Source of the DNA: Proteromonas lacertae
Lineage: Eukaryota
NCBI GenBank assembly: GCA_002245135.1
Contig: NGBS01000315.1
Coordinates: forward strand, 1-64,000
Direction: 5' to 3'
DNA length: 64,000 bases
Position numbers and translations under genes: made by a program
The notes under the pieces: generated by a model
Database searches by the model: none
What the model saw: only the letters and a program-made list of their open reading frames with translations
Told to the model about the DNA's origin: nothing
Shown here: positions 47,832-60,517 of the stretch, piece after piece
Layout of the letters: each line of letters opens with the position of its first letter
Position numbering within the stretch: position 1 is the stretch's first letter

Positions 47832-49961
47832 TTAAGTTTGTAGTGTAGCAGTAGTAGTAGTAGTAGTAGAAACTCTTTGTTTATTTGGACTAAGTTTAAA
47901 CTGTTCAAATTTATCAATAGTCAATCCTTCAGCAACTCCATTCCATGTTAATTCAGCATACTTACCAGAAACACAATTCTCTTGTCTTTTACATTGAATA
48001 TCAGATAGATTTGTTATTAAATAATTATACATTGTATCTCTGTTATCTTTATCATCAAATACAATACAATATTCATCATGGCTACTCTTATCATTGGCTG
48101 TAAAATAATAGATCTTTATTTCCAATGAATTTGTAGCAGAATTTAGATTTTTGATTGTTTCTGAACATATATTATTATAATCCAATCGAATAATCACTTT
48201 ATATCCGTTATTGGTGAATATTCCAGTATGTTCTTTTGTCAATAACATCATATCATTAAAGAATATTCCATAAGTAATCTGTTGATTGTTATTGTTATTT
48301 ATTATAACATTTAATGGACATTGAGTGATAATTGATCGATGTGGAACTACTAAATCTTCAACACCATATATCTTTTGTGCTAATTCGAATAAAGCAGCTG
48401 ATTCTTCATGACTTTTCATTTCACCATTTATCTATTATAATAATAAATAATAAAATAATAATAAATAAAAAAAATGAAATACAATTTCTGCTATTTTCAC
48501 CATCACTCCATATGCATCTTCTAAACTCTTTCTATTCATATGATCTTCTTCAGTATGTTTCAAAATATCACGAAATATCAAATGGTACTTACATATTCTT
48601 TGCACTGGTTTAATTAAATAAGAATCAAGCCTCAAGCCTCTAGCTAATGGATGTGTAGAACATAATTGTATAAAATCACTGAAGTTATTATTATTATCTA
48701 ATAATTCAGTATAAAGAGGAAATGATTTATTATAATTTTCACAATATAATAAATATTGTTTTAATGATTCTTTTAAAGCATTCATAAATATATTTGGCAT
48801 AAAAGAAGAGCATCTTTCTGCAGGTAAATGATTTTCTAATTCTTTTAATAGTTTATCATGGATTACTAATATTTCATGATAATTGCCAAATAGTGTATTT
48901 ATTTCATCATCAGAAATGACTTTTTCAATTTGAAATTGCACATAAAACACATGTATTAATTTCAAATCATCTAAATACGATTTTTCTGTTTCATATAATT
49001 CTTTATATAAATTAAATCGTTGTTTATCTTCTACTGTTTTATATTCACCATATATTTCAGGAACTAACCCTTGTAAAACGATAATATGTGGCATTGATTG
49101 AGATGCTGATTTCAATGTATCTTCATCAATAGAATTTTCTTTATTTTGATTGGTTAATTGACAAATCCAATCACTTATTGTTGGAAGTGTTTTACAATGT
49201 AACTCATAATATATTATATTATTATTTATATTCACTATTATCCATCTATACATTCCTTCATCGTTTGTTAAAATTCCTTCTAATTTAAAAGTCTTATGAA
49301 GTGATATAAATATTGGATTAATTGAATTATCTTTTTGTAAAAAGTAAAAATTATTCATTTCTTTAACACCTGAACCACATATTTCAACTGCTTTTGGTAA
49401 TGTTATTGGAATATAATTGGCAGCTAATTTTTCTAAATTATGTGAATTTCTATTCCCTTTTTTTAGTTTCATTGTCCATGCTCTCCTTCCTGTCGTGTTG
49501 CTGATTAAATTGATTGAATCTCTAATTGCAAAAGTATCTTGTTTATTATTACATTCAAATGCTAGACCATCATCTGGCATTGATAATTCATCATTCTTTG
49601 ATTTGAGTACAAATCTTCTACCACTTGGATCTTCGTCTTGGCTGTATAGTTCCACATGTAATTCTTTTGTATTGAATCTATATTTTTCTTTGAAACCTTC
49701 TGATAGTCCACCAAAGATACCACGACGGTGTGTGCCGATTATTGTAACATCGTTGAATATATATAGTTTACAATCTTTCCAAACTTTTGATTTCACTCCA
49801 AAAATTCTACATTGCATTTGTACTTTCAAAACTCTCCCTTGAACGAATAAATCCCCACAACTTCCAGATAGTTCTTGTTCTATACTTTCAAACAATGCTT
49901 TAGAACATGTAGATGTATTACTTTCACTCATTGCTCTTACAGGTCTCGTTCTATCACTCAT
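47832..49961 (-). CDS. RhoGEF (PH-like + DH + PH)
   Basis: ELYETEKSYLDDL, LFGNY, LDSYLIKPVQRICKYHLI; intron near 48434-48480. Confidence 0.85.
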
Positions 49962-50151
49962 TTTTGATAAAATAACAAGATGTTGACTTTAATACTTGAC
50001 AATGTCAATGTCAGACTTTTTATTTTTTATTTTATTTTTTATTTGTTTGAATAAAAACCCAAAACAAACAAAAATTTCATTTAAGTAATTATGGTAGTAT
50101 TATATGGGCTGAAAGTAAGTAAAGTAATAAGCAATTAAAATGTTTCTGTTT

Positions 50152-51935
50152 TTAATTTCCGCTTAAAGGTTGAAGTAAATTGCCTAATTGGAGATTGGCT
50201 TCTTCATATTGATCAAACAATTCTTCAATCTTAGCAACAGAAACATCAGGAGCAAATTGAGTTGTGATCATTGTCTTTCTAATAGCATGATGAGAATCTA
50301 AATCCTTCAAAGCCTGTAAAATTGGATATTTTGACTTTTCAATCTCCATAAACTTATTTTTGTAGTTATCCTTCTCAGTTGGGTTTAATTCGATTGAATT
50401 TTGTTTAGCGAATTCTTCTAAATAGTGGATTCTATCTTTAGCTAAGTGTAGTTGTCCTTTCAATGCATTAATAGCTCCATTAACATTCTGTTTCCACTTA
50501 CTGGAGATGAACTTAATTGTGTATAAAATCACATTATTCAAAATATCAGATGGATCAAATCCAGTGAATTTCTTTTGGAAGATAACTTGAGCAGTAGATA
50601 CTAATTCATTCTTTATTCTATCCATGTTATCTAATAATGGTTTAATTTCTCCTTTCATTTCTACAGCATATTGAGTTTCAGGTGATCTAGCATCTTGTAA
50701 TTCATGTTCTAATTGAGCAACTAAGTCTTTATACTGTTGTACCAATTGATTCTCATCATCAATTTGCTTTCTTAAGGCTTTCATGTTGTTAGCGATAGTC
50801 TTAATATCTTTATCTTGAGCATTACCGAATAAAGAGAGTTCTAATGAATGTTGTTTCATGTTATCAACCTTAGAATGTAATTGTTCCTTATCATTCTCTA
50901 AGGCATGGATTTTCTTTTCTAAGTTCAAGATCTTCTCGTTGTTAGCATCAGTTAATCTTTGGATTTCTCTAGCATGAGATGCTTGTTGTTTTTCCAATTG
51001 TAATTGGAACTCATATCTTATTTTATCAGAATTTCTCTTGTATTTTTCATTTTCTCTTCGTAATTTGATAACTTCATCACTTAATAATTTACTTTGTAAG
51101 TTTTCACAATTGTTAATTGAATTGTTCATTCTTACATCTTGTGGTAATACTCCACCCATTCCTAAAGCTCTAGTGTAAGTGTTTACTTTGTTAGATAACA
51201 ATGTCTTCTCGTTCAACAAATCAACTGATAAAATTTGTAATTTTTGATGTTGTTGCTGGAGTGAAGTGTAATTTCTCTTTAAATCGTGAATTACTTGTTT
51301 GTAGTCGTGAGCTTTATTACGATAAAATTGAATCTCTTTACGGTATTGCTCTGGAACGTTTGGATCATTATAGTTGTATTTCTTTGATTCATCTTCATCT
51401 TCATCTCCTTGGTATTTTTGCTCTACATTTGTTACACGGGTAAGGATGTTGAAGGGAGCTTTCACATCAGCGGCAGCTTTGCAGTTGGCGCAGACTTCAT
51501 CTCCATAATTGATACAGCCACAGTATAAACAAGACCAGGCATTTGAGAGGCATAACCAGTTGTTTGCATATGCTATTGGATAAATTATTTTGTATGTATA
51601 CCTGTATTTGGATCAGTGTAAGTTGGATCTTCAAGATCTTCATCAGCAGGTTGTTGAAGTTCATCCATTGGTAAAGTCTTGTGAGTATGATAACAGTTAG
51701 TACACACACCGTTAGCATCAACGTCAAATTGGTTACAATTACATCCTTGCATTTCGCAAGGTCGGCTATAAGCATTAATATGAAATATCATACTAGTTAG
51801 GATTGGAAATTTCGTTGAAAATGGTATCAACTAAATCTGGATTCTCTTCAACTGGTGAAACTGGTGCATCATCATATGCAATGTCATCGTCTTGTTGATC
51901 TATTAAGATAAACTTATATTCATACATGAGTTCAT
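50152..51935 (-). CDS. Coiled-coil protein with Cys-rich and RanBP2-type zinc-finger N-terminus
   Basis: Spliced WSCLYCGCINYGDEVCANC; long heptad region; start approximate. Confidence 0.65.
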
Positions 51936-52585
51936 AGCCCAAAATACGTTAATTAATAAAAAAAATTTGGGATGTGAAAGACAGTTATACTTCTTGCATT
52001 TTCGATATTATGAGTCATAGAATTATTTTAAGATTCTAGGAATGTGATTTATGCTATTTGTGAGCAAGGAGGAAACAATTTAGCATAAAATTGAACCTTC
52101 AATGTATGATCTTGTTGATAAAAATGCACTAAAAATGTCAATCTTTGAAAATATTATGCAATTTACATTCTACTAGAAGAACGTAATATTATGGTATTAT
52201 TTTTATGGCTTAAAACTCAAAGTTAGATTCAACTGTCATCAACTGATAGAGTGAATTATACACCATAATATTCATAGTTTTATGCTAATCTATCAGTTTA
52301 TGTGGTTATTTTTGTATTAAACCCATCATATCACCTCTAATTTTTAAAAATGCAAAAGTTCGTTTCAATAATTATATTCGTTTCATATTTTTCAACTGAA
52401 ATGATTTTTTTGAATTTTTAAAATTTTGAAGAGTATATAATCATGAAGAAACGTCATGAATATGTTATGCAATTATTCACCTATAATGTGAAATGGAAAT
52501 ATACATAAGATTATCTCAACACAATATTAAAAATGATATAACTCATCAAAATAATATTTTACTATCCAAAATATTCTTAAAAATA

Positions 52586-53776
52586 TCATGGTTCTAATCC
52601 ATCTACTACATCTTCTTCTATATTATCTTTGCTATAGATTTTGTGTTTTGACACTGAAGAACAAACACTAAGATGATTTTTAATATCATCTAAACTATTA
52701 AATTGATCATCACATTTATAGCAATAGAATCCATCATTCAAATATTTCTCATTCTCATTATAGTTAATTAATCTACCATCACACTCAAATGATTCTTCTA
52801 ATACCTATAAATACGATAAAGTTTAATAATGTATAAAAAATACATCACTATCTATAAAGAATGGTGAGTTAAATTTATTCCATTTAATCTTTTTATTCAT
52901 TTTTACACCATCATAGTCAGTAGAGATAATGTGCATATGAATTGGTCTTTGAGATGGAATAGAATGATAACCAATTCGAAATCTCAAATCTAATCCAAAA
53001 TTCTCATAAAAATATATGATTAAAGATTTACAAATTCTTCTACTAAACATATGAAATTCTTTTAATTTATTTAAATCATCTCGTTTCAATAATGATATCA
53101 TTGGAATATTCCAATATTCAGGTCTAGGTATTAATAAATAGTGATAGTATGATTTGGGGAATTGATCTTGAATTAATATATATTTCTCATCATAATAACA
53201 ACTGATTTTAGGATTCATGCAATATTCATATAGATTATATAAATAGCATTTATTGTTTAATTCATTTATTAAATCTTCAGGAAGTAGTGGTTGGATATAT
53301 TCTTTCATTTCGTTTCGAGGAATGAAATTATCATGTTGTGGTTGAAATAATCGATAAATTAATTGATATGAATAGTCTATTCTTGATTCATTTCTATTTA
53401 TCAATATATATATTTACATATATTATTATTACTTTATTAAATCTTCATCTAAACTAAATAAATGAACTGTTTTAAGTGAGTTAAAATTTACTGAATAGGA
53501 AGTAAATCGTTGATGCCAACTATTACATATTCGAGTTATATTCCATTCATTTCCTATTCTATTTTCACACCATCTTATATATCTATTATTATCTTTACAT
53601 ATACAAGGAATAACAAAATCAGTGATTGAGCTTGATTTTATCACTTCTAATAAATCTCCATTCAATATTCTAGCATCTGAGGAGAATGAATTATCTTCAG
53701 CAATATAGAAATACTTAACAATTAAGAAAAACAATATTAGCTACTTATTTCAATCACAAAAAGGATATACATTCAT
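52586..53776 (-). CDS. APTX: Aprataxin-like HIT + zinc-finger protein
   Basis: DQFPKSYYHYLLIPR, FRIGYHSIPSQRPIHMHIISTD, KWNKFNSPFF, CYKC...H. Confidence 0.75.
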
Positions 53777-54028
53777 TATTTTCAGCGCTTAGAAATTTAT
53801 TCAGTTTATGTACTCCTATTCTTGCACACTTTTCAACTCTAAAAGTCAAATATCAGTCATACAACAATTTATTTTCAATAAAGTTAATCAATCCTACGAG
53901 TATTTTCTTTTTCATTGTATATAATCAATTTTATTAAGCAGATAGTGACAAAAATACAAAAATGAATTTTTAGAAACGAGTATAATTTTGAAACAAAATC
54001 AAAATTGCTGAAATCTTTCGTAGATGAG

Positions 54029-57000
54029 ATGTTAGAATTAATATTACCAGATGATGTGAAAGTATGATGTTTGTTATATTTTATTAGATAAAAGAGAGAG
54101 TAGAAAAGAGTGCTTGTGAAGTAGATTTAATTTTACAGTATAAAGATGATGTTAGAATGATGAAATTATTAAATATTAGTGGAATAGAAGAGAATAATAT
54201 ACTGACATTCTGTGAAAATAGCTCATTGTTATTTGTTAGTTGTTTATCATTCGCCTATCTTCCCAGAATAAATCAAGTGAATATTTGTGGTGAATATATG
54301 TATTTTGAGAGAGAATATTATTGCAATGATATTGAAGAGATACTTCAAACTAAATCCATATCCAGTAGTGATATTTGTGATATAATCAGTTCATTATGTG
54401 ATATGTTAATGATATTGAGTGAATATGATATGGTGATAAGTAATTTGAAGAGTAGTAACATAATATATGAAGAAGATGGTGATGAAATAAAGTTATGTGA
54501 TTTATGTTTGAATGAAATAAGAAAAGAAGAAGATATGAGATTGTATGATATTTGCTTCAAAAGCCCAGAAGAGTTGAATGGATTAGAATGTGATGAGAGA
54601 AGTATGATTTGGTCAATTGGCTGTATATTATATGAAATGATTTGTAAGAAATTACCATTTAATGAAGATGATAATATAAATATTACAAAAGAGAATATAA
54701 TGAGATATAAATACAGTTTTGATGTAGAATGTTACAAAATGATGAAAGAAATGGTTGATAGAATGTTAAAAGTGAATAATGAAGATAGAATGAGTTTAAA
54801 AGATTTGAAAAAAGAAATGATAAAAATGAGTGAAGTTTTAAAGGATGATGAAGATAATTTGATGATATGTGATGAAAGAAAAGAACTTTTATATAATGGT
54901 GATAATGTAATTGTTATATTTCCAATAATATATCCATCAGAATATTATATTGAAAATGAAAAATGGGAAAATATACGAGATAGTTTAATGAAATCATATA
55001 ATAATAAACCAAATGAAAGAGTATTATCAATATTATTGATGATGAAGTTTTTCAAAACAGATGAATCAATTCAAACTAAGCTTATATTCCAAATTCATCA
55101 CAAATGTGAAGAAGAAGGACGTTATTTATATTTAGATAGTTTATTGTTTAATATTGATTATTGTAGTAAAGAAATAGTCTTCATGAATTTGTTTTGTATA
55201 TGTTTATGTGAAGTAGGAATTAATTATTTTTTCAGAATACTAAAAACTGTAAATCCAACAAAGCTTAAAATTTGTATATTTCTAATCATTTTTATTCATT
55301 TAGATATTAATTATATTCCAATCAAACATCAGTCATTATTTGGATCTCTTATTTCTCAATTAACAAATCTGCAATATTTAGATTTATCTGGATGTAGAAT
55401 CACTTATCACTTCATTGAATTATTTGTTAAATTAATTCCATTTATGAAATTGAAATATATATATTTTCAGAGTATTTAATCAATTTATGTATTATTATGA
55501 AATAGGTAATCCAATTGGTGCAAAAGACTTCAAATTATTACTTCCATATTTACATTTATTAATTAACCAAAAGAATGAATTGAATCTTTATAAAATGAAT
55601 TTAAATGATGAATCAATGATATTACTATCAGAAGAATTATACAAATATTCAAATCTTAAGAAAATAGATATTAGAGAAAACAAAAACATTCATTCTGTTG
55701 GATTAAAAGCCTTATTCACCAAATTTCCTATATCAAAAATAGACTTTGATTTTAATAGAAGTAAAGAATTGCTGATTGATAAAGACATTCCTGAATTAAT
55801 CAAATATATCAAAAACTATAACAGCTTTGATCTGAGTTATTTAGGTATTGATGATAATGTTTTCAAATCTTTCATTGAATTAAGATCAAATGAATTGAAA
55901 GAAATACACATGTTAAATTTGAGTAGTATAATTTGATATTTGTTAAATTATTAGATAATAAACTAACTCATAAAAGTATAGAAATACTAATCAACAATTT
56001 ATCTTCATTACCAACTCTTTATTTATATGGAAATGAAATAGGAGACTTAGGAATGAAAGAATTATCTCCACATTTAAATTTATTAAATAATGGATATAAT
56101 AGTATTTATTGTTTAAGTATAATATCTTCTTTTAATATTGTATAGAAATGGGATTATCTTCAGTTGGATTAAAATATTTAGTTGAAGGATTGAAACATAT
56201 TCAGGAAAAGATTAAAAAGCTTGATATAAGTTTCAATAACATTGATTCATATGGAATAGAATATTTGATGAATTATATGAAAGAAGAGGATAATATTGAA
56301 GAGATATTTATTGATAGTATTTATAAATTCCTTCATATATTGTTAAATAGATAATCCAATTGGTAACAGAGGTCTAAAATTGTTGCTAAACGAAATAGAG
56401 ATGTTAATAGAGAATCAGGATAAATTGAATTTAAGTAATATCTCAATTGATTATGAAGGTGTGAAGTTATTAGCAAATAAAATTCACTTGATTAGAAGAT
56501 GTAGAGAGATAGACTTATGTGATAATTGTATTAGAATGAATGGATTGAAATTGATTTGTTCAAAATCATTAAGAACTTGGTTTTGCTGTTATTCTTATCC
56601 ATTTATTAAAATGAAATATTCATCCTGGACAAATGAAGAATTGGAATATTATTTGAATTATTGTATTAAAAAGAAAGGAAAATATGGAGAAAAAGAATTT
56701 GATGTTTCAAGTATATTATCTATTATTATAATGTAATAGATTTGAATATAAATGATTCTCATATTTCTAAAATAAAGCAGATAAAATATTATAAACTTGA
56801 TTTATCCAATAATAACATAAGTTAAAAGAATTAACAGAGTCAATACCAACATATGTAGAATATATATTAATAATTAATAATCCAATTGGAGATGTAGGAA
56901 TAGAGATAATATTTAATAAATTGAATGCATTTGTTGATAGATCATCATTAAATCTTTCAAGTATATATAAATATAATGTAATTTACTTATGTGAATAGAT

Positions 57001-57303
57001 ATAGGAATGAGTGAGAAAGGATTAAAGATGTTAATAGAAAAATTAAAAGGTTTTATATTTTTTTTTGAAGAGATAAATCTATCAGGAAATGAATTAAATG
57101 AAAGTGAATTGAGATTAATGAAAGAAAACGAAGAAGTATTTGTTTATTTAAATAAATTATCAATCACAGTAAAACACAATATAGATAAATCAGAATTAAT
57201 TTCATTTTTAGAAACATTTTCAACAATTACAACAATCATATTAAGCGGAATATCAGAAGAAGAAAAGAGAAAACTTTCAAAAGAATTTTTAAACATTAAA
57301 TAA
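54029..57303 (+). CDS. Pseudokinase-LRR paralogue, copy 3 (apparent 10-nt deletion near 56822; start approximate)
   Basis: High similarity and shared intron positions with copy 1. Confidence 0.75.
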
Positions 57304-57371
57304 TAGTTTTATATTTTCTATTAGATCAGATTTGGGTGTAAAAAAAATATTAAGAACAATAAATAAACATT

Positions 57372-58176
57372 CTATTTGATTAATCTATAAAAATATAATA
57401 TTGGTCTTTTCCATTCACTCATACCCAATTCTTTTACATTTATATCTTCTTTATTCATCAATAAAATACTTTTTATATATTCTACTGGATTCTTATTCAA
57501 TTCATCTTCTTTTATTGGAAAATCTATTCCCAATCTTCTACATCTCTTCTTAGCACTTCGATAATTCTATTATTTAATAATAATAATAATATATACTTTC
57601 CATATTTGAGGTTCTATTATTAATTTTTCGCTTATCTCATATATATATAATATAAATTCTTTTAATATCTTATCACCTCCATGAATATGAATCCACATTG
57701 TAGTTGAAAAACAACTGGTTAATGAAAATTGATTTATCTTATACATTGACATATATTCTATCATTTTTTCTTTCTCTTTTATTATATCACAACATATATA
57801 TTTTATTTTATCCTAGATTACATTTTTACTTTTATTATACTGATAAATCGGAAGGAATATTCTCTTTAGCTTTGCTTATTAGCTTGTCATCTATATCAAT
57901 TCCCAATACATGCACATTTTTCAATACTCCCACACACATTTTTAATAACTCCACTGTTAAAACACCACTGTTACAACCAATATCAAGAATGTAGTAATTG
58001 TCTTTGTTTTCTTTTGACATTTCTATAATAACATCTTTAATTTTTCCAACTCTACTTAAATCACCATTAAAACTGTAGTAATCACTAAAATTACCATATA
58101 AATGACCTTCACCACTACATTCTCCTTCCTTCTCATCAATATTACTTTCTCCTTCTCCACATTCTGAAATATTCAT
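57372..58176 (-). CDS. Bin3-family RNA methyltransferase (BCDIN3D/MEPCE-like)
   Basis: YGNFSDYYSF, ILDIGCNSG, LGIDID, STTMWIHIHGGD, LIIEPQIWK. Confidence 0.85.
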
Positions 58177-58279
58177 TTGTCTATCTTGATATTTTATCAA
58201 TTACGTAATTGAAATGTCAAAATTACATTCAATAATCAAACTGGCTTGATTATCACTTTTTTCTTTTTTCATTTTCTAT

Positions 58280-59361
58280 ATGTTATTGAAAGTTAAACCA
58301 TTAAACAGTGAAATAATTACAATAGAAATAGATGAAAATAGCCGAATAGAAGATTTAGAGAATAAAATTCTTAGTTTGACTGGAGTTTCAGCAGATGCAT
58401 ACCGTTTAGTATATCGAGGTAAAATTTTGAAGAAAGAAAGTATAATTAATACACTGGATATTAATGGAACTATATTTATGGTAAAGTCCTCAGTATTTTC
58501 TTAATTTATATTTATATTGATAATAAATAGAAATCAAAAGATCCAAAATCCGAAAATGAAAGTGGCACATTCTCTAATTCAACAAATAATCATTTCCCAA
58601 TACCTCCTCAAACTAATCCACTTAATTCAACCTCCACTAAAGAAAATCAACAGCCACCACCACAAAATTTTCCTATTCCTCCATCTACATCTCCAACAAT
58701 TCCAAACTCATTCAAAGACTCTTTTGCTACTTCACTAAACACATTGAATCAATCTCAACGAAATATAACTTCTCTCAATTCAACAGTATCATCTCAAAAT
58801 AATCATTTATCTCTTCAATTACAACAGCAGAGGTTATTATTAGGTCAAATCTTTCATAGAATGAGTGGTATCTATATGAACTCTCTCTCTCCGTTAGTAA
58901 TTACTTCAAATACTTTGTTGAATGATCATATCCCAAGTGATGCTGTAAGAAATTTAAAGAATATTTTGAAAGATATAAATAAAGTGAATAAAATGTGTAG
59001 TGATATGATTGGTCAATACAGAAACTTGATGAATCAAATGAATTATGAAGGAACAACAATAGAAAATACGCAACCAATACCAAACCAACAGTCAAGCCAA
59101 CAAACACATAGTAGTAATAATATTAATAATGGCAATAGACAAATGATGAATAATATCGTTGAAGCAGGTGCTAATATTGCTAGAAATATAATCAGTCCAT
59201 TATTAGGTACAGGAACTAATAATATATTCCATTCTGTATTACAGAGTTTGAATAATACAATATTTGATTTATCAAGAATGAATAATAATGGAAACTCGAA
59301 TAATAATAGTACAAATCGTCGTGATGATAGTGAAGTTTCTCATCATGAAGAAATTGATTGA
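58280..59361 (+). CDS. Ubiquitin-like domain protein (BAG6-like architecture)
   Basis: MLLKVKPL...RLVYRGKIL UBL, then Pro/Gln/Asn-rich region. Confidence 0.65.
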
Positions 59362-59481
59362 TTTTGATTTTTGTTGATTGCTTTTTTCTTTTTTTTGAAT
59401 TTGGGTTTATGAAAAAATAAAAGGAATTTTCGTACACCTCGAACATAAATTTATTCATTTCACAAACAGTTAGTTGAGAAT

Positions 59482-60417
59482 ATGCAAGAAAATGAAAGAA
59501 ATAACACTGATAATTATGAGGATGATATAGATGATGAGATAAGTAAAGGTGAGGATGAATTACACCCAAATGACTATAATATTGATGATGAACCATTCTT
59601 TCTGGTACTAGCTAATTATTTTGAATCAGAGCTTGTATAATTTACAATACATTATTCTATAGGTGCAATTACTGATATTATTCCTATCCTTTCTAGATAT
59701 AGCTTTATGCTTATCACAGTCATATTATGATTACGGTATATTTTCATCATATGATGAATATAAAATGTTATTTAGAATTTTTTCACATGTATTTTAGAAT
59801 TATCTTTATTTTTTGTATAGTTACCAATGGTCATGTTGACACTATTTATTACAGAATTATTCATTTTATTTTTCGCATATGGTCCAGCCACATTAACACA
59901 TTTAGGATATTTATCAGAGATTATAGTGTATTCAATTTGTTTTTTTAATAGTCAAAATCCCTACAATTGGAGGTTAATCCGATTATTATTTATTATCAGA
60001 TTATGGAGATTACAACGTCTATTTTCAAATCCTGCAGCTGTATTAAAACAAGAAAATTCAAATCTTTCAAAAAAAGTCAAACAATATAAAGAAAAAATAA
60101 AATCATTACAGAAAGAAATAGATATTTTAAATGACCAAATTGAAAAAGAAAAATATCATCGTAAGGAATTAGAACAGTCAGTAAACGATAATATGACAGA
60201 AATTGAAACTTTAAGAGAAGCTTTGGAGATTGCAGCTCATGCTGTAGTAGAAGCAGAGATGGGTGGTGCAGCTCCTGGTACTGAGACGGATATAAATATA
60301 CAACCTGATGGTGGGTATGAAGTAACTAAAAAACACTATGACTTACCAATGGAAGATGATTATAATGAAGGATATTATGAAGAAGAACCACCTCCACTAC
60401 CACCATCATCGTTGTAA
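59482..60417 (+). CDS. HVCN1: Voltage-gated proton channel Hv1-like
   Basis: After splicing two short introns: S1 with Asp (LSFLDIAL), S2 FITE, S4 RLWRLQR (RxWRxxR), C-terminal coiled coil, no pore domain. Confidence 0.7.
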
Positions 60418-60517
60418 AAAATCTAATTATATATATTTTTATTGTTTATATATGAATAATGTTTGTGAATTTTCAAAATTAAGTATATTTTACATATATA
60501 TGAATATATAAATAAAT

